A stretch of 64,000 bases of DNA from Candidatus Nomurabacteria bacterium. GTDB lineage: Bacteria; Patescibacteriota; Minisyncoccia; Phycocordibacterales; UBA9973. Numbering within the stretch: position 1 is the stretch's first letter; the number at the start of each line of letters is the position of its first letter. Shown here piece by piece: positions 25,930-36,005 of the stretch. The notes under the pieces were generated by a model. That model had not been told where the DNA came from. It ran no database searches and saw only the letters and a program-made list of their open reading frames with translations. The position numbers and the translations under genes are program-made. Where the stretch lies: assembly GCA_023267275.1 (NCBI GenBank), contig JAHFNO010000005.1, forward strand, positions 9,462-73,461, in the 5' to 3' direction.

Positions 25930-28149
25930 ATGAAAAATAAATATACAAAATTTGGAGTTGGTTTTTTGATTGCAATTGTTTTGTTTGGCGGTGCGATTGT
26001 TCGTGCAGATGATGTGACTCCACCAGCCGATACAACGCCTCCGGTCATAACACTTTTAGGTGATGCATCTGTGACACTTACTGTCGGTGGAACATTTACC
26101 GATGCCGGAGCAACAGCCACAGATGATGTTGATGGAGATATAACTTCACACATTGTTGAGACCGGAACAGTCGATGTAAACACACTAGCCACATATACGC
26201 TTACTTACAATGTGAGTGATACAGCGGGAAATCCTGCGACTCCAGTCACTCGCACTGTTGTGGTCAATCCGCTCCCAGCTCCAACTGAGACAGTCATTGT
26301 TCGCAATGGCGCAACTCTGATTTGGCAGGGAACTGTTCCGCTTGAAACTGCTGGAACAGAATCGATCAATGACAGCACTGGTACAGCTCACACCATAAAC
26401 ACTCGCAGTGTTCTTGCTGTGTTGCACGATGCTGAAACAACGAGCACTGCATTTTCTCTTTCCAATCTTACGTACTACGATTCATTCGGTGCATTTTATC
26501 TGAAATGTGTCACCCCAACAGGGGGAAGTGAGTTGTGTGACAATTGGCAATATGCTGTCGGAACATCTACTCCATGGACGAGTATCGACGCCACAGTTCT
26601 TTCTGGTGGAGAAACTATTGGTATTTATTTTGGCAGTCAGCATCAGGTAGAATTTGATGCAACAACGATTACTGCTGGAAATATATTGACTGCAACAGCT
26701 GAGTCGTACAATTATGCCGACAATACATGGAGTCCGCTTACTGGAGTATCAATCGGCATTACTACACCAAATCCGAGCGATTCTTGGAGTCCAATTGTTG
26801 TCTCAACAAATCCTGTTGGTACAGATGGAAAAGCAACAATCACGATTGCTGATGCTGGCACATACAACGCAGGAATTGCTGAGGATTATTATTTTCCTTC
26901 CTATACGATCACGGTAAATCCTGTCGTGACGAGTGGCGGAGGAAGCGGAGGTACACTTCCGCCGCCAACATTCAGTGTTGCGAATGCGATTGCGTATTTG
27001 CAAAGTATGCAAGCAAGCAACGGCTCTTTCGGTGGTTCAGATTTGTATACTGATTGGGCAGGAATTGCATATAGCGCGGGCGGTGTTGCCGGAAGCGCAC
27101 GCGATTCACTCATTGCATATCTCTCAACACACAATACGACAAGCTCGTTGCTCACCGACAATGAACGCCGATCGATGACACTCCTTGCTCTTGGACAAAA
27201 TCCATACGCATTTCATGGAACAAATTATATCGCTCCAATCGTTGCATCGTTTGATGGAACACAATTCGGCGATGCGTCATTGGTAAATGATGATATCTTT
27301 GCACTTATTCCACTTGCAAAAGCTGGATATTCTGCGAGTGATGAAATGATTACAAAGGATATTGCATTTATTATTTCAAAACAAAATGTAGATGGTTCGT
27401 GGGAAGGAAGTGCAGATCTCACTGCGGCTTCTGTGCAAGCACTTCAGCAATTTAGTGGAGTGACCGGAGTTGCGACGGCACTTACAAAGGAAAGTACGTA
27501 TTTACAAGACTCACAAAATGCAACGGGTGGATGGAATAATGTTTCCACTTCGAGTTGGGTAGGGCAGGCAATGAGTGCACTCGGTGCATCGTGGACAAAT
27601 AGCGGAAAGAGCATCAATGATTATTTTGCCGCACAACAAGTCTCAGATGGTGCCGTGCTTCCCGCAACTGAGACTGCACAAAATCGCATTTGGGCAACGA
27701 GTTATGCGATTCCGGCAGTGCTCGGTAAGCCATGGAGTGCAATCCTTTCATCAGTATCTCGCCCAGATACGGGAGGTTCGAGCGGAACGGGTGGAGGAGG
27801 AAAATCTACTTCTGATACATCAACACAAAATACACAGAAAAAACAAACAACTGAAACAACAGAACATACCGATTTGCAAAAAGATGTCGTTGTTGGACTA
27901 CCTCAAGAAAATGAGCGAAATCAAAATATTCAAAAAAATAATCTCTTAAAAAAGAACGTAAAAACACTCGACACTCACTCAGTAAAAACAGAGCAAACTG
28001 CAACTCAGTTTCAAACAACAAATACACTAGGCGCGAGTGCGATTGGTAGTGGAGTCCATTTTTCTCTTGGCGGATCATTCAAAAAAGTGGCAACCGTTTT
28101 GGGTTCAGGTATTAAAAATGCATTCAAATTCATGTTTGGTATACTGTAA
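25930..28149 (+). CDS. Large secreted surface protein with DUF5011/Ig-like domain and a terpenoid-cyclase/prenyltransferase-like alpha/alpha-toroid repeat region
   Basis: Signal peptide; VITLLGDASVTLTVGGTFTDAGATATDDVDGDIT (DUF5011-like). Later YLQSMQASNGSFGG...WAGIAYSAGG...LIAYL repeats resemble an alpha6/alpha6 toroid. Immediately downstream of DUF4430 in the riboswitch-controlled unit. Confidence 0.6.
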   Translation: MKNKYTKFGVGFLIAIVLFGGAIVRADDVTPPADTTPPVITLLGDASVTLTVGGTFTDAGATATDDVDGDITSHIVETGTVDVNTLATYTLTYNVSDTAGNPATPVTRTVVVNPLPAPTETVIVRNGATLIWQGTVPLETAGTESINDSTGTAHTINTRSVLAVLHDAETTSTAFSLSNLTYYDSFGAFYLKCVTPTGGSELCDNWQYAVGTSTPWTSIDATVLSGGETIGIYFGSQHQVEFDATTITAGNILTATAESYNYADNTWSPLTGVSIGITTPNPSDSWSPIVVSTNPVGTDGKATITIADAGTYNAGIAEDYYFPSYTITVNPVVTSGGGSGGTLPPPTFSVANAIAYLQSMQASNGSFGGSDLYTDWAGIAYSAGGVAGSARDSLIAYLSTHNTTSSLLTDNERRSMTLLALGQNPYAFHGTNYIAPIVASFDGTQFGDASLVNDDIFALIPLAKAGYSASDEMITKDIAFIISKQNVDGSWEGSADLTAASVQALQQFSGVTGVATALTKESTYLQDSQNATGGWNNVSTSSWVGQAMSALGASWTNSGKSINDYFAAQQVSDGAVLPATETAQNRIWATSYAIPAVLGKPWSAILSSVSRPDTGGSSGTGGGGKSTSDTSTQNTQKKQTTETTEHTDLQKDVVVGLPQENERNQNIQKNNLLKKNVKTLDTHSVKTEQTATQFQTTNTLGASAIGSGVHFSLGGSFKKVATVLGSGIKNAFKFMFGIL

Positions 28150-28151
28150 GC

Positions 28152-28610
28152 ATGGAACAAAAACACAACCCTACACCTCTTGCTGAACTCAAAAAAATAC
28201 AGCGAGCAAGAAATGCCAATGTTCTCCACAAAGAACGCTTGAGCAAACTCGACCGTTTAGCTGTTTGGATCACCGACCATATCGGCACGATGGGCTTTTT
28301 TCTGACTATTTTTACCTGGACAGTGCTTTGGCTTGGTTGGAATATTTTTGCACCGAAGCCAATGCAATTTGATCCATTTCCTGCATTTGTACTCTGGCTC
28401 TTTATCTCAAATATGATTCAGATATTTTTGATGCCACTTCTTATGATTGGTCAGAATATTCAAGGACGTCATAGCGAGGCACGAGCTGATGCCGATTTTG
28501 AAACAGATAAAAAAGCGGAAATTGAAATCGAAACAATCTTGGCTCATTTGGAAAATCAAAACGAAGTCATGATGCAGATTCTTAAGCGATTGGATGAGAA
28601 AGGAAAGTGA
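28152..28610 (+). CDS. DUF1003-family membrane protein
   Basis: Two TM helices flanked by KLDRLAVWITDHIGT and a charged C-terminus, typical of DUF1003. Confidence 0.55.
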   Translation: MEQKHNPTPLAELKKIQRARNANVLHKERLSKLDRLAVWITDHIGTMGFFLTIFTWTVLWLGWNIFAPKPMQFDPFPAFVLWLFISNMIQIFLMPLLMIGQNIQGRHSEARADADFETDKKAEIEIETILAHLENQNEVMMQILKRLDEKGK

Positions 28611-28733
28611 ATGACTAATGACTAATGACTAAAAATTAACCCCTTTTTCTCTTGAGATTATTGATTTCATGAATTAATTAGACATTAGATATTAAGATTT
28701 AGAAATTGAATTCATAGTGCTATAATTAGCACT

Positions 28734-29720
28734 ATGAATTATGATCATCCACTCTCTTGGGCAGCGCTCGTACGCATTGTTATCGTAGGTATTATTGTCA
28801 TACTCGGCTGGAAGGCGCTTCCCGCGCTTCCTATTTTACTTGTCGCATTTGTTCTTGCGGCTTCATTCTATCCAATCGTAAAAAAGGTTGAAAAGAAGAC
28901 ACACATGCCGTTTATGTTGTGTATTTTTTTGATTCTTGTAATTCCACTCGTGCTCATACTCTTTTTTGGTTTTAGTTTTTTACCACAGCTCCTTTCTCAA
29001 TTGCCTGATTTGTTTGCAAATCTGCACGTAACACTTAGTCATCTTTCTTTTGGCCCGCAATCATTACGCAATTTTGATGTGATTGCATATTTGCAGTCAC
29101 ATTTTGACTATTCAACCACCACCATCAACATTGCCGTTTCCATTTTTTCAGTAGTAACAACAATCGTTCTTACTTTTTATGTTCTGTATGATTTTGAACG
29201 TTTGCTCGATCTCTTTTTACGAATCATTCCTTCAGGCGAGAAACAAAATGTAAAAGAATTGTTGCAGGAAATTTCAGTAGTTATCGGAAAATATATTCGT
29301 GGTAACGTACTTATTTCAATTATTTGCGCAGTCATTATCTTTTTAGGTCTAACGATTCTCCACGTTCCATTTGCATTACCACTTGCTATCTTTACCGGAA
29401 TTTTTGATTTGCTTCCACTTGTTGGTGCGACACTCGGAGCTATTCCAGCGCTTATTGTGGCACTTGGTATCTCGCCCATTACATTTGTATTCGTACTTAT
29501 TCTCTATGTTGCATATCAAGAAGTAGAAAAATCTATTATTTCTCCGCTTATCTACGATAAGGCGCTCAACTTGTTTCCTTCAATCAGTTTTATTGCCGTG
29601 CTCCTCGGAGGAAGCTTGTTCGGAATTCTTGGAGCTTTCCTTGCCTTGCCAATCGCAGCGAGTCTCCCAGCAGTAATGAATTATCGTCGAAAATACAAAG
29701 AACACACAGTGAACGCGTAA
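28734..29720 (+). CDS. AI-2E family (UPF0118/PerM-like) transporter
   Basis: Eight TM helices with family-typical distribution; LPLVGATLGAIPALIVALG and LALPIAA near the C-terminus. Confidence 0.75.
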   Translation: MNYDHPLSWAALVRIVIVGIIVILGWKALPALPILLVAFVLAASFYPIVKKVEKKTHMPFMLCIFLILVIPLVLILFFGFSFLPQLLSQLPDLFANLHVTLSHLSFGPQSLRNFDVIAYLQSHFDYSTTTINIAVSIFSVVTTIVLTFYVLYDFERLLDLFLRIIPSGEKQNVKELLQEISVVIGKYIRGNVLISIICAVIIFLGLTILHVPFALPLAIFTGIFDLLPLVGATLGAIPALIVALGISPITFVFVLILYVAYQEVEKSIISPLIYDKALNLFPSISFIAVLLGGSLFGILGAFLALPIAASLPAVMNYRRKYKEHTVNA

Positions 29721-29724
29721 GTAT

Positions 29725-30171
29725 ATGAGCTATGATTTTTTAGAAACCGCAGACGATGATGCAATGCAACAAGCCAAAAGAGATTTTGGAGATTTTGTTG
29801 TGGGGATAGAAAATCGCTTGGATCAAGCCGAAACATACGGCAAGGCAGGGGATATACGAATGCTCACTGTCTTGCTCGAGCTTCAGGATGTGCAAAGCGA
29901 CTTGGAAACACTTGCCAAAAATGCACACGAAGAAATGCCGTCAAAAAATTACCATATGGAGGTAACAAAAATAATTCGAACATACATTGCAGGTATTATT
30001 GAAAAAGAATATGAATCTCTACAAAAAAGTATTTCTGAAAAAAGTGAATCTCCACAAAATATCACGAGTCGAATAAATCAGCTACTCCATATCACTTCGT
30101 TTTATCAGGAGCTGTATCCCGAGCTCGAACTTGCACACTGGGGAGAAAAAGTACGGTCGTTGGTACAATAA
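29725..30171 (+). CDS. Hypothetical protein
   Basis: 148-aa acidic helical ORF, translationally coupled to the upstream gene. No domain recognised. Confidence 0.45.
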   Translation: MSYDFLETADDDAMQQAKRDFGDFVVGIENRLDQAETYGKAGDIRMLTVLLELQDVQSDLETLAKNAHEEMPSKNYHMEVTKIIRTYIAGIIEKEYESLQKSISEKSESPQNITSRINQLLHITSFYQELYPELELAHWGEKVRSLVQ

Positions 30172-30204
30172 AAATCATATTTATTAGTTATTAAAAATAA
30201 ATCT

Positions 30205-30960
30205 ATGGAAGAAATTATCGTAGTTACAGAAAAAGAATCACAGCCAGAGGTAAAAAAACAAACAAATATTACACTCGTTCAAGCAGTTCTCTTAAACGCG
30301 GTTATTATTGCTATCGCGATTATTGTTGGAGCATGCATTGTGCACGGTTCGTTTGATTCTTGGGGAAGTGGTTCGAAGACAAACACAGAACAAAAGGTAT
30401 TAGCTCCCGATATTACAAAAATAAATATGGCGGGTGCACCATTTATCGGCAATCCGAATGCAAAGGTGGCAATCGCATACTGGTCTGATTTTCAGTGTCC
30501 ATACTGCAAAAAATTTGAGACTATAGTATTTCCAACTATTTTGAAAAATTATGTGGCGACTGGAAAAGTTGCCGTAGTGTTCAAAGATTATTCTTTCCTC
30601 GGACCAGATTCAGAAACGGCAGCAGTATATGCTCGTGCAGTTTGGAATGTATATCCACAACAATATTTTGCATGGAGGACGGCAATGTTTGATGCACAAG
30701 ACAAAGAAAATGCCGATTTTGGCGACGAGACAAGTATCGTCAAACTCACTGAAACAATTTCCGGAATTGATACCGCAAAGGTGCAAGCCGACGTTGCTAA
30801 AAATAAAAATGCGTATATACAGTCAATTGATGCAGATAAGGCTGAGGCAGAAAAATTTGGTATTCAAGGCACTCCGTCATTTATCACTGGGACACAGCTT
30901 ATTCCTGGGTACAGTGAATTTGCTACATTTGCAAAAGCACTTGATGCACAATTGAAATAA
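30205..30960 (+). CDS. DsbA-family thiol:disulfide oxidoreductase, membrane-anchored
   Basis: TM anchor then AIAYWSDFQCPYCKKFE (CPYC thioredoxin-fold active site) and GTPSFI. Confidence 0.8.
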   Translation: MEEIIVVTEKESQPEVKKQTNITLVQAVLLNAVIIAIAIIVGACIVHGSFDSWGSGSKTNTEQKVLAPDITKINMAGAPFIGNPNAKVAIAYWSDFQCPYCKKFETIVFPTILKNYVATGKVAVVFKDYSFLGPDSETAAVYARAVWNVYPQQYFAWRTAMFDAQDKENADFGDETSIVKLTETISGIDTAKVQADVAKNKNAYIQSIDADKAEAEKFGIQGTPSFITGTQLIPGYSEFATFAKALDAQLK

Positions 30961-31038
30961 TACGTTGCAAAATAAGGATACTACACCCGGCGCACCTTCG
31001 GTGCGCCGGGTGTAGTTGTATTTTTTAGGAGTGATATA

Positions 31039-31284
31039 ATGATAAGTATGGAAAATATGGCACAAGAGCTTCCATTTGAGGAAGCGGCATTACAAAAAGA
31101 AATTCAAGCTATTCGTAAGGAAAATAAAATTCCAGATACGATAAAAGTTGAGAAAAAGGGAAATGTTTTTTATCTCACTTCATCACATGGAGAAGAAACA
31201 CTCGAGGAATGGATTGAAAGAATGAGTGTGTATGAAGACTCAGATGAAAACAAGAACGAAAAATATATGAAGGGGCAATATTAA
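31039..31284 (+). CDS. Hypothetical small acidic protein
   Basis: 81-aa ORF with no recognised domain. Confidence 0.4.
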   Translation: MISMENMAQELPFEEAALQKEIQAIRKENKIPDTIKVEKKGNVFYLTSSHGEETLEEWIERMSVYEDSDENKNEKYMKGQY

Positions 31285-31319
31285 TTGTGTGATTTATTAG
31301 CAGACGGTATACTAATTCT

Positions 31320-31493
31320 ATGAATACACTCAATCATACATATGCAACTGTGCTCGGAGCAATTAATACAATCGGTTATATTCCGTTTGCAGTAATGGTT
31401 ATTGTAAACATTGTATTGTATCGTTTGCATCCAGTACTTGGATTTCTTGGAACGTTGTTTTTGTTTGCTCTACTCACAGGACTTATTCACTAA
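31320..31493 (+). CDS. Possible 57-aa two-helix membrane peptide; below the ORF-track size cutoff
   Basis: ATG at 31320 gives MNTLNHTYATVLGAINTIGYIPFAVMVIVNIVLYRLHPVLGFLGTLFLFALLTGLIH, stop TAA at 31491-31493. Followed by the long hairpin terminator gaaacgccccgatttt...aaaatcggggcgtttc. Confidence 0.3.
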   Translation: MNTLNHTYATVLGAINTIGYIPFAVMVIVNIVLYRLHPVLGFLGTLFLFALLTGLIH

Positions 31494-31499
31494 TTTTTT

Positions 31500-31572
31500 T
31501 GAAACGCCCCGATTTTACTTGAACCCAGTAGGTGATTCTACTGAATCAAAATCGGGGCGTTTCTTTTTCTGT
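31500..31572 (+). terminator. Long-stem intrinsic terminator
   Basis: gaaacgccccgattttacttgaacccagtaggtgattctactgaatcaaaatcggggcgtttc followed by tttttc. Confidence 0.6.
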
Positions 31573-31595
31573 GTGAATACGGTAGGCTATAGCAT

Positions 31596-32462
31596 ATGAT
31601 TTCAATTTTGGAAAAAGAAACTGAATACGAACTTCTAGATTCCGGAGAGGGAATGAAGCTCGAACGATTTGGCGACTATGTTCTTGCACGTCCCGACCCA
31701 GAAGCATTATGGCCGAAAAAAATCACGGAAGAGGTGTGGGTAAAAGCTGATGCCACCTATACACGTCACGGTGCAAACGGCTCTTGGAAAACAACAAAAG
31801 AATTTCCAAAAAATTGGAATATTAATTTTGGAGGTTTGGTATTTGAATTGCGCCCCACATCATTTAAACATGTGGGAATTTTTCCTGAGCAGAAAATTCA
31901 CTGGAATTGGCTGAGTGAAAAGCTAACACCTAACACCAAACACCAAAAACCACGCATTTTGAATTTGTTTGCCTACACTGGTGGAGCAACTCTCTCTGCG
32001 GCAAAAACTGGAGCGGAAGTAACACACGTGGATTCTTCAAAAGTAGCTATTGAATGGGCGCGCAAAAATGCCGAACTTTCTGGTCTTGCCGATGCTCCGA
32101 TTCGCTGGATTGAAGATGATGTATTGAAATTTTTGCGACGCGAGGTAAAACGCGGCAATCGATATGAAGTGGTGATCATGGATCCTCCGGCATTCGGCCA
32201 TGGATCGGGGAGTGAACTTTGGAAAATCGAGAGAGATTTTTACGAATTATTTTCGTTGGTTCAACAAGTGCTTTCCGAAAATCCAATTGCAGTAATTGTA
32301 AATGGATATACTGCCGGTTATTCTCCTATCACGTTGCAGAATAATGTAAAAAAACTTACTGAAACATTTGGTGGCGAAACAGATTTGGGAGAGCTTGCAA
32401 TACCTGAGGAGGGAGGTGATCGACTGCTTCCTGCCGGTGTATTTGCTCGCTGGTGGAAATAG
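31596..32462 (+). CDS. Class I SAM-dependent methyltransferase, RlmI/RlmK-like rRNA methyltransferase
   Basis: FAYTGGATLSAA (SAM motif I), VIMDPPAFG (motif IV D/N-PP-F/Y). Confidence 0.7.
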   Translation: MISILEKETEYELLDSGEGMKLERFGDYVLARPDPEALWPKKITEEVWVKADATYTRHGANGSWKTTKEFPKNWNINFGGLVFELRPTSFKHVGIFPEQKIHWNWLSEKLTPNTKHQKPRILNLFAYTGGATLSAAKTGAEVTHVDSSKVAIEWARKNAELSGLADAPIRWIEDDVLKFLRREVKRGNRYEVVIMDPPAFGHGSGSELWKIERDFYELFSLVQQVLSENPIAVIVNGYTAGYSPITLQNNVKKLTETFGGETDLGELAIPEEGGDRLLPAGVFARWWK

Positions 32463-32612
32463 GAACTTCCCCTTCCTTTACCAAGGAATGCCCGTGGTGA
32501 TTGTGTTCAATCAGGAATGAGGGGTGGTGTATTTTTCTATCATACTTCTATTTCAATATGGTATTATTGAGAGGCAGAAGTCGTAATTTGTTAATTAATT
32601 AAAAATTTTCCT

Positions 32613-33116
32613 ATGAAAAAACATGAAATACTAATCAGTGTGATTGTTATTATTCTTTTTATTGCACTTGTCGTATATCTACAGCGTTCGCATCGTGCCA
32701 TTCCTCCCACATCTGAAACAGCATCAATTACCAATCAACAAACAAACGGAACTATGGCATCTGAAACAACAACAGCAAGCGGTCTCAAAATTACAGTACT
32801 CAAAGAAGGAAGTGGAGTGGCATCGGTGAACGGAGATACAGCTTACTTAAATTACACGGGTACTTTTACTGATGGTAAGGCATTTGATTCAAATGTTGAT
32901 CCAAAATTTGGACACACACAGCCACTTCCAGTAACCCTTGGTGCTCATTCGGTCATTCCTGGATGGGAAGAAGGGGTTCTTGGAATGAAGGTGGGAGAAA
33001 AGCGTCATCTCGTTATTCCCGCAAATCTTGCGTATGGAGCAAATGGATATGGTCCAATCCCGGGTGGAGCTACAATTGAGTTTGACGTCGAACTTGTTTC
33101 TATTAGTCACAAATAA
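32613..33116 (+). CDS. FKBP-type peptidyl-prolyl cis-trans isomerase
   Basis: YTGTFTDGKAFDSN...VIPGWEEGVLGMKVGEKRHLVIPANLAYG...ATIEFDVELV matches FKBP throughout. Confidence 0.85.
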   Translation: MKKHEILISVIVIILFIALVVYLQRSHRAIPPTSETASITNQQTNGTMASETTTASGLKITVLKEGSGVASVNGDTAYLNYTGTFTDGKAFDSNVDPKFGHTQPLPVTLGAHSVIPGWEEGVLGMKVGEKRHLVIPANLAYGANGYGPIPGGATIEFDVELVSISHK

Positions 33117-33437
33117 TCTCGTATACAAACAGATCGTTTATGACCAAAAAAATCGTTACAATTCTCGTTCTTTGTGTTGTTCTTGTTTGTATTGGCTTGG
33201 TGATTCACTCAATGCTAGTACCTTCATCAGAGCATGATAGTTCAAGAAATATCGGTGCAATTATCAATAATAAATAGGACTCACGTAAACAGCGCATTTC
33301 TGAATCAGTAGATTCACTCTTGGAGCTTGTTGAAAACCTCTTTTTGTACTCACCGTACTTCTAGTACGTTTCCGAGCAAAATAAGGTTTTCGCCTCGAAC
33401 TGCATCTGTTTACAAGAGTCCTACCAAATATTTACAT

Positions 33438-34235
33438 ATGAATACATTTTTTGATCAAAAAAACGCCACACGCATGGGCAAGGTTTTATTGTTTATTGGA
33501 ATTTTTGTCGCATTGTTTGCGATGATGAAAGTTCTCAATGAGATGAAGCAGTTTGATGGTGCTTCTATCGACCCGGCAAAAGTAAGTACGATTGATGTTA
33601 CAGGTACGGGAGAAGCATTCGCTATCCCAAATATTGCTACAGAAAGTTTTACCGTTGAGAAAAAAGCAGCGACAATAAAAGATGCACAAGGTGTAGTCAC
33701 TACAAAAATTGCTGACATTCTTTCATTCTTGAAATCTTCTGGTGTTGCTGAAAAAGATATTCAAACTACAAACTATAGTGCAAATCCAGAATATAGTTAC
33801 CCAACTCCATGTTATGGACAAGTATGTCCTGCAAATTCCAGTGCACCAAAATTGCTTGGATATACAGTGTCTGAAACAATCACGGTAAAAATTCGCAACG
33901 CAGATACTGTCGGTACTATCATTGATGGACTTGGATCTCGCGGAGTAACAAATCTCTCTGGTCCAACATTTACTGTCGACGATGTGAGTGCTGTAAATGC
34001 ACAAGCTCGCGCAAAGGCGATTGCAGATGCAAAAGTAAAGGCTACAGTACTTGCACATGATCTTGGTATTGAACTTGGACGAATTGTTCGCTTCTCAGAA
34101 AATACCGGCGGATCATATCCTATGATGTACACTGCAAAAGACATGGCAGTTGGCGCATCAGCACCAACAGCACAATTGCCAGCAGGGGAGAATAAGTACA
34201 CATCAAACGTTACAATTACGTTTGAGATACAATAG
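33438..34235 (+). CDS. SIMPL-domain (DUF541) secreted protein
   Basis: TM anchor then V.G.GEA.A.P..A...F.VE...AT...A...........I...L...GV....IQT..YS..P.Y... pattern characteristic of SIMPL/26-kDa periplasmic proteins. Confidence 0.7.
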   Translation: MNTFFDQKNATRMGKVLLFIGIFVALFAMMKVLNEMKQFDGASIDPAKVSTIDVTGTGEAFAIPNIATESFTVEKKAATIKDAQGVVTTKIADILSFLKSSGVAEKDIQTTNYSANPEYSYPTPCYGQVCPANSSAPKLLGYTVSETITVKIRNADTVGTIIDGLGSRGVTNLSGPTFTVDDVSAVNAQARAKAIADAKVKATVLAHDLGIELGRIVRFSENTGGSYPMMYTAKDMAVGASAPTAQLPAGENKYTSNVTITFEIQ

Positions 34236-34281
34236 ATAAACATACTAATATTCGAATGATACAAATCTACGAATAGCTACG

Positions 34282-34325
34282 AATAAGAGCGGCGAGGGTA
34301 ACCCCTCGCCGCTCTTTACTTTTGC
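34282..34325 (+). terminator. Intrinsic terminator
   Basis: agagcggcgagggg-taa-cccctcgccgctct followed by ttacttttg. Confidence 0.6.
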
Positions 34326-34411
34326 ACCCATCTGCGGTATTATCTACGTATCAGAAAGGCCCCCGCGGGCTTTTTAATTTAGCCATTTAATGAAGTAGAA
34401 TTTATATAAAT

Positions 34412-34503
34412 GAATGCAGTTCGAGGCGCGAGCGAGGCTTGTGACTAAGGTGTAGTAATCCTACTCCGCGGGAGCAAACGAGCGATGCAACAAAGAAATG
34501 CGT
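34412..34503 (-). repeat. Copy 2 of the ~90-nt dispersed element (inverted orientation)
   Basis: gaatgcagttcgaggcgcgagcgaggcttgtgactaaggtgtagtaatcctactccgcgggagcaaacgagcgatgcaacaaagaaatgcgtc is the reverse complement of copies 1 and 3. Flanked by ataaatga / tcatttat. Confidence 0.65.
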
Positions 34504-34527
34504 CATTTATGGAAATTATAAAATTAT

Positions 34528-34710
34528 ATGAGTATTACATCATACGTTAAAGAGACACGCGAAGAATTCAAGCATGTAAACTGGCCAAATCGTAAACAGG
34601 CCATTGTGTATACTATTTCCGTTATCGTTATATCTGTCGCCGTAGCATATCTCCTTGGAGCATTTGATAGTCTTTTCCAGTTTGGACTCGGTAAACTTTT
34701 GGGCTTTTAA
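34528..34710 (+). CDS. secE: Preprotein translocase subunit SecE
   Basis: 60 aa: ...VKETREEFKHVNWPNRKQAIVYTISVIVISVAVAYLLGAFDSLF, the SecE pattern, directly upstream of nusG (conserved secE-nusG synteny). Confidence 0.8.
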   Translation: MSITSYVKETREEFKHVNWPNRKQAIVYTISVIVISVAVAYLLGAFDSLFQFGLGKLLGF

Positions 34711-34913
34711 GAGAAATTAATGAACGAAGTGAGTATAATTTCCTTACCCTGTTAAATCTTTTGTTTACAAAAGAAAATTCACAGGACTGATTATTGGGTA
34801 ATGGAGTACATTCTGAAATTAGTAAATAGTATAGAAATATTTTTATTATCAAGTGAATTTTATTTAACAGGGTGGCGATTTTCAAAGTCGCTTCACTCCT
34901 AAGAAAATCAGCC

Positions 34914-35462
34914 ATGTCAAAACAAGAAATCACACCAGAACGCAGTTGGTACGCGATTCACACATATGCAGGATATGAGAACGCAGTGTTGCGAAATCTC
35001 AAACAGCGTATTGAGTCTCTTGGTATGCAAGACAAAATCTTCAATGTTGTTGTTCCTATGGAAAAGAAGATCAAGATCAAAGCAGGGAAGCGTGTTGAAT
35101 CTGAGGAACGAGTATATCCAGGATATGTTCTTGTTGATATGATCGTGACTGATGACTCTTGGTATGTTGTGCGCAACACTCCACGCGTAACTGGTTTCGT
35201 TGGTGCTGGTGTAAACCCAGTTCCACTCAACAAAGATGAAGTAGCTGCACTCTTTAAGACGATGGACAACACCGAAAGTGCAAAGCATACTATCGATCTT
35301 TCTGTGGGCGATCTTGTCACTATCGCCGATGGACCATTCAAGGAACTCGAAGGTAAGGTGAACGAAGTTGATCATGATCGAGGCAAAGTTCGCGTTCTCG
35401 TAGCAATGTTCGGCCGCGAAACTCCAGTGGAACTCGATTTCCTTCAAGTGAAGAAGATGTAA
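34914..35462 (+). CDS. nusG: Transcription termination/antitermination factor NusG
   Basis: WYAIHTYAGYENAV (NGN domain), PGYVLVDM, KOW motif VGDLVTIADGPFKELEGKV. Start taken at MSKQEIT. Confidence 0.9.
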   Translation: MSKQEITPERSWYAIHTYAGYENAVLRNLKQRIESLGMQDKIFNVVVPMEKKIKIKAGKRVESEERVYPGYVLVDMIVTDDSWYVVRNTPRVTGFVGAGVNPVPLNKDEVAALFKTMDNTESAKHTIDLSVGDLVTIADGPFKELEGKVNEVDHDRGKVRVLVAMFGRETPVELDFLQVKKM

Positions 35463-35503
35463 TTAGATAAGAAAAAAGGCTTCTCATTAGAGAAGCCTTT
35501 TTG

Positions 35504-35845
35504 TTACGATGCCAAATAAATCATACATATTGCAAATAGAATAAAAAAACTTCCTAATGCAATAATCAAACTACCCCCCAAAACGTTGGATTTGAATTTT
35601 TCTGCTGTTTTTTTTACGTAACCCCCTAAAACAAAGAAAAAAATGGCTCCGATAAGGATTATTCCCAACATCCAATGCCTCATGGACAAAACCTCTTCAG
35701 GCGTTGCTGTGAAAGGGATACCGCTTTTGGGTAATCTGCTATAGACCATACCTATCGGCAGAGGCATTGTCAGATACCCGTATATGTATACAACAAGTGA
35801 TATAACAAAACCTATCAATGTGTACTTGTTAAGTAGCTTTTTCAT
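35504..35845 (-). CDS. Small membrane protein, hypothetical
   Basis: 113 aa with three or four TM helices, on the strand opposite to nusG and rplK. Confidence 0.45.
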   Translation of the reverse strand: MKKLLNKYTLIGFVISLVVYIYGYLTMPLPIGMVYSRLPKSGIPFTATPEEVLSMRHWMLGIILIGAIFFFVLGGYVKKTAEKFKSNVLGGSLIIALGSFFILFAICMIYLAS

Positions 35846-36005
35846 AATCTAGTTATTTTATTTATATTATACACCTTTTATATTTATTTGTCAATATACA
35901 ACAAAAGCCTTGATTTAAAGACACATATCTGGTACAGTATTAAAACTGTTTTGGTTTTAGGCTTCTACTTAAACCTTACAGCTTACACCTTAAACCTTTA
36001 AAAAA

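Noticed and set aside
33723-34264. Minus-strand ORFs of 111-150 aa antisense to the SIMPL-domain gene
   Set aside because: Cys-rich low-complexity antisense translations. The plus-strand frame has the domain signature.
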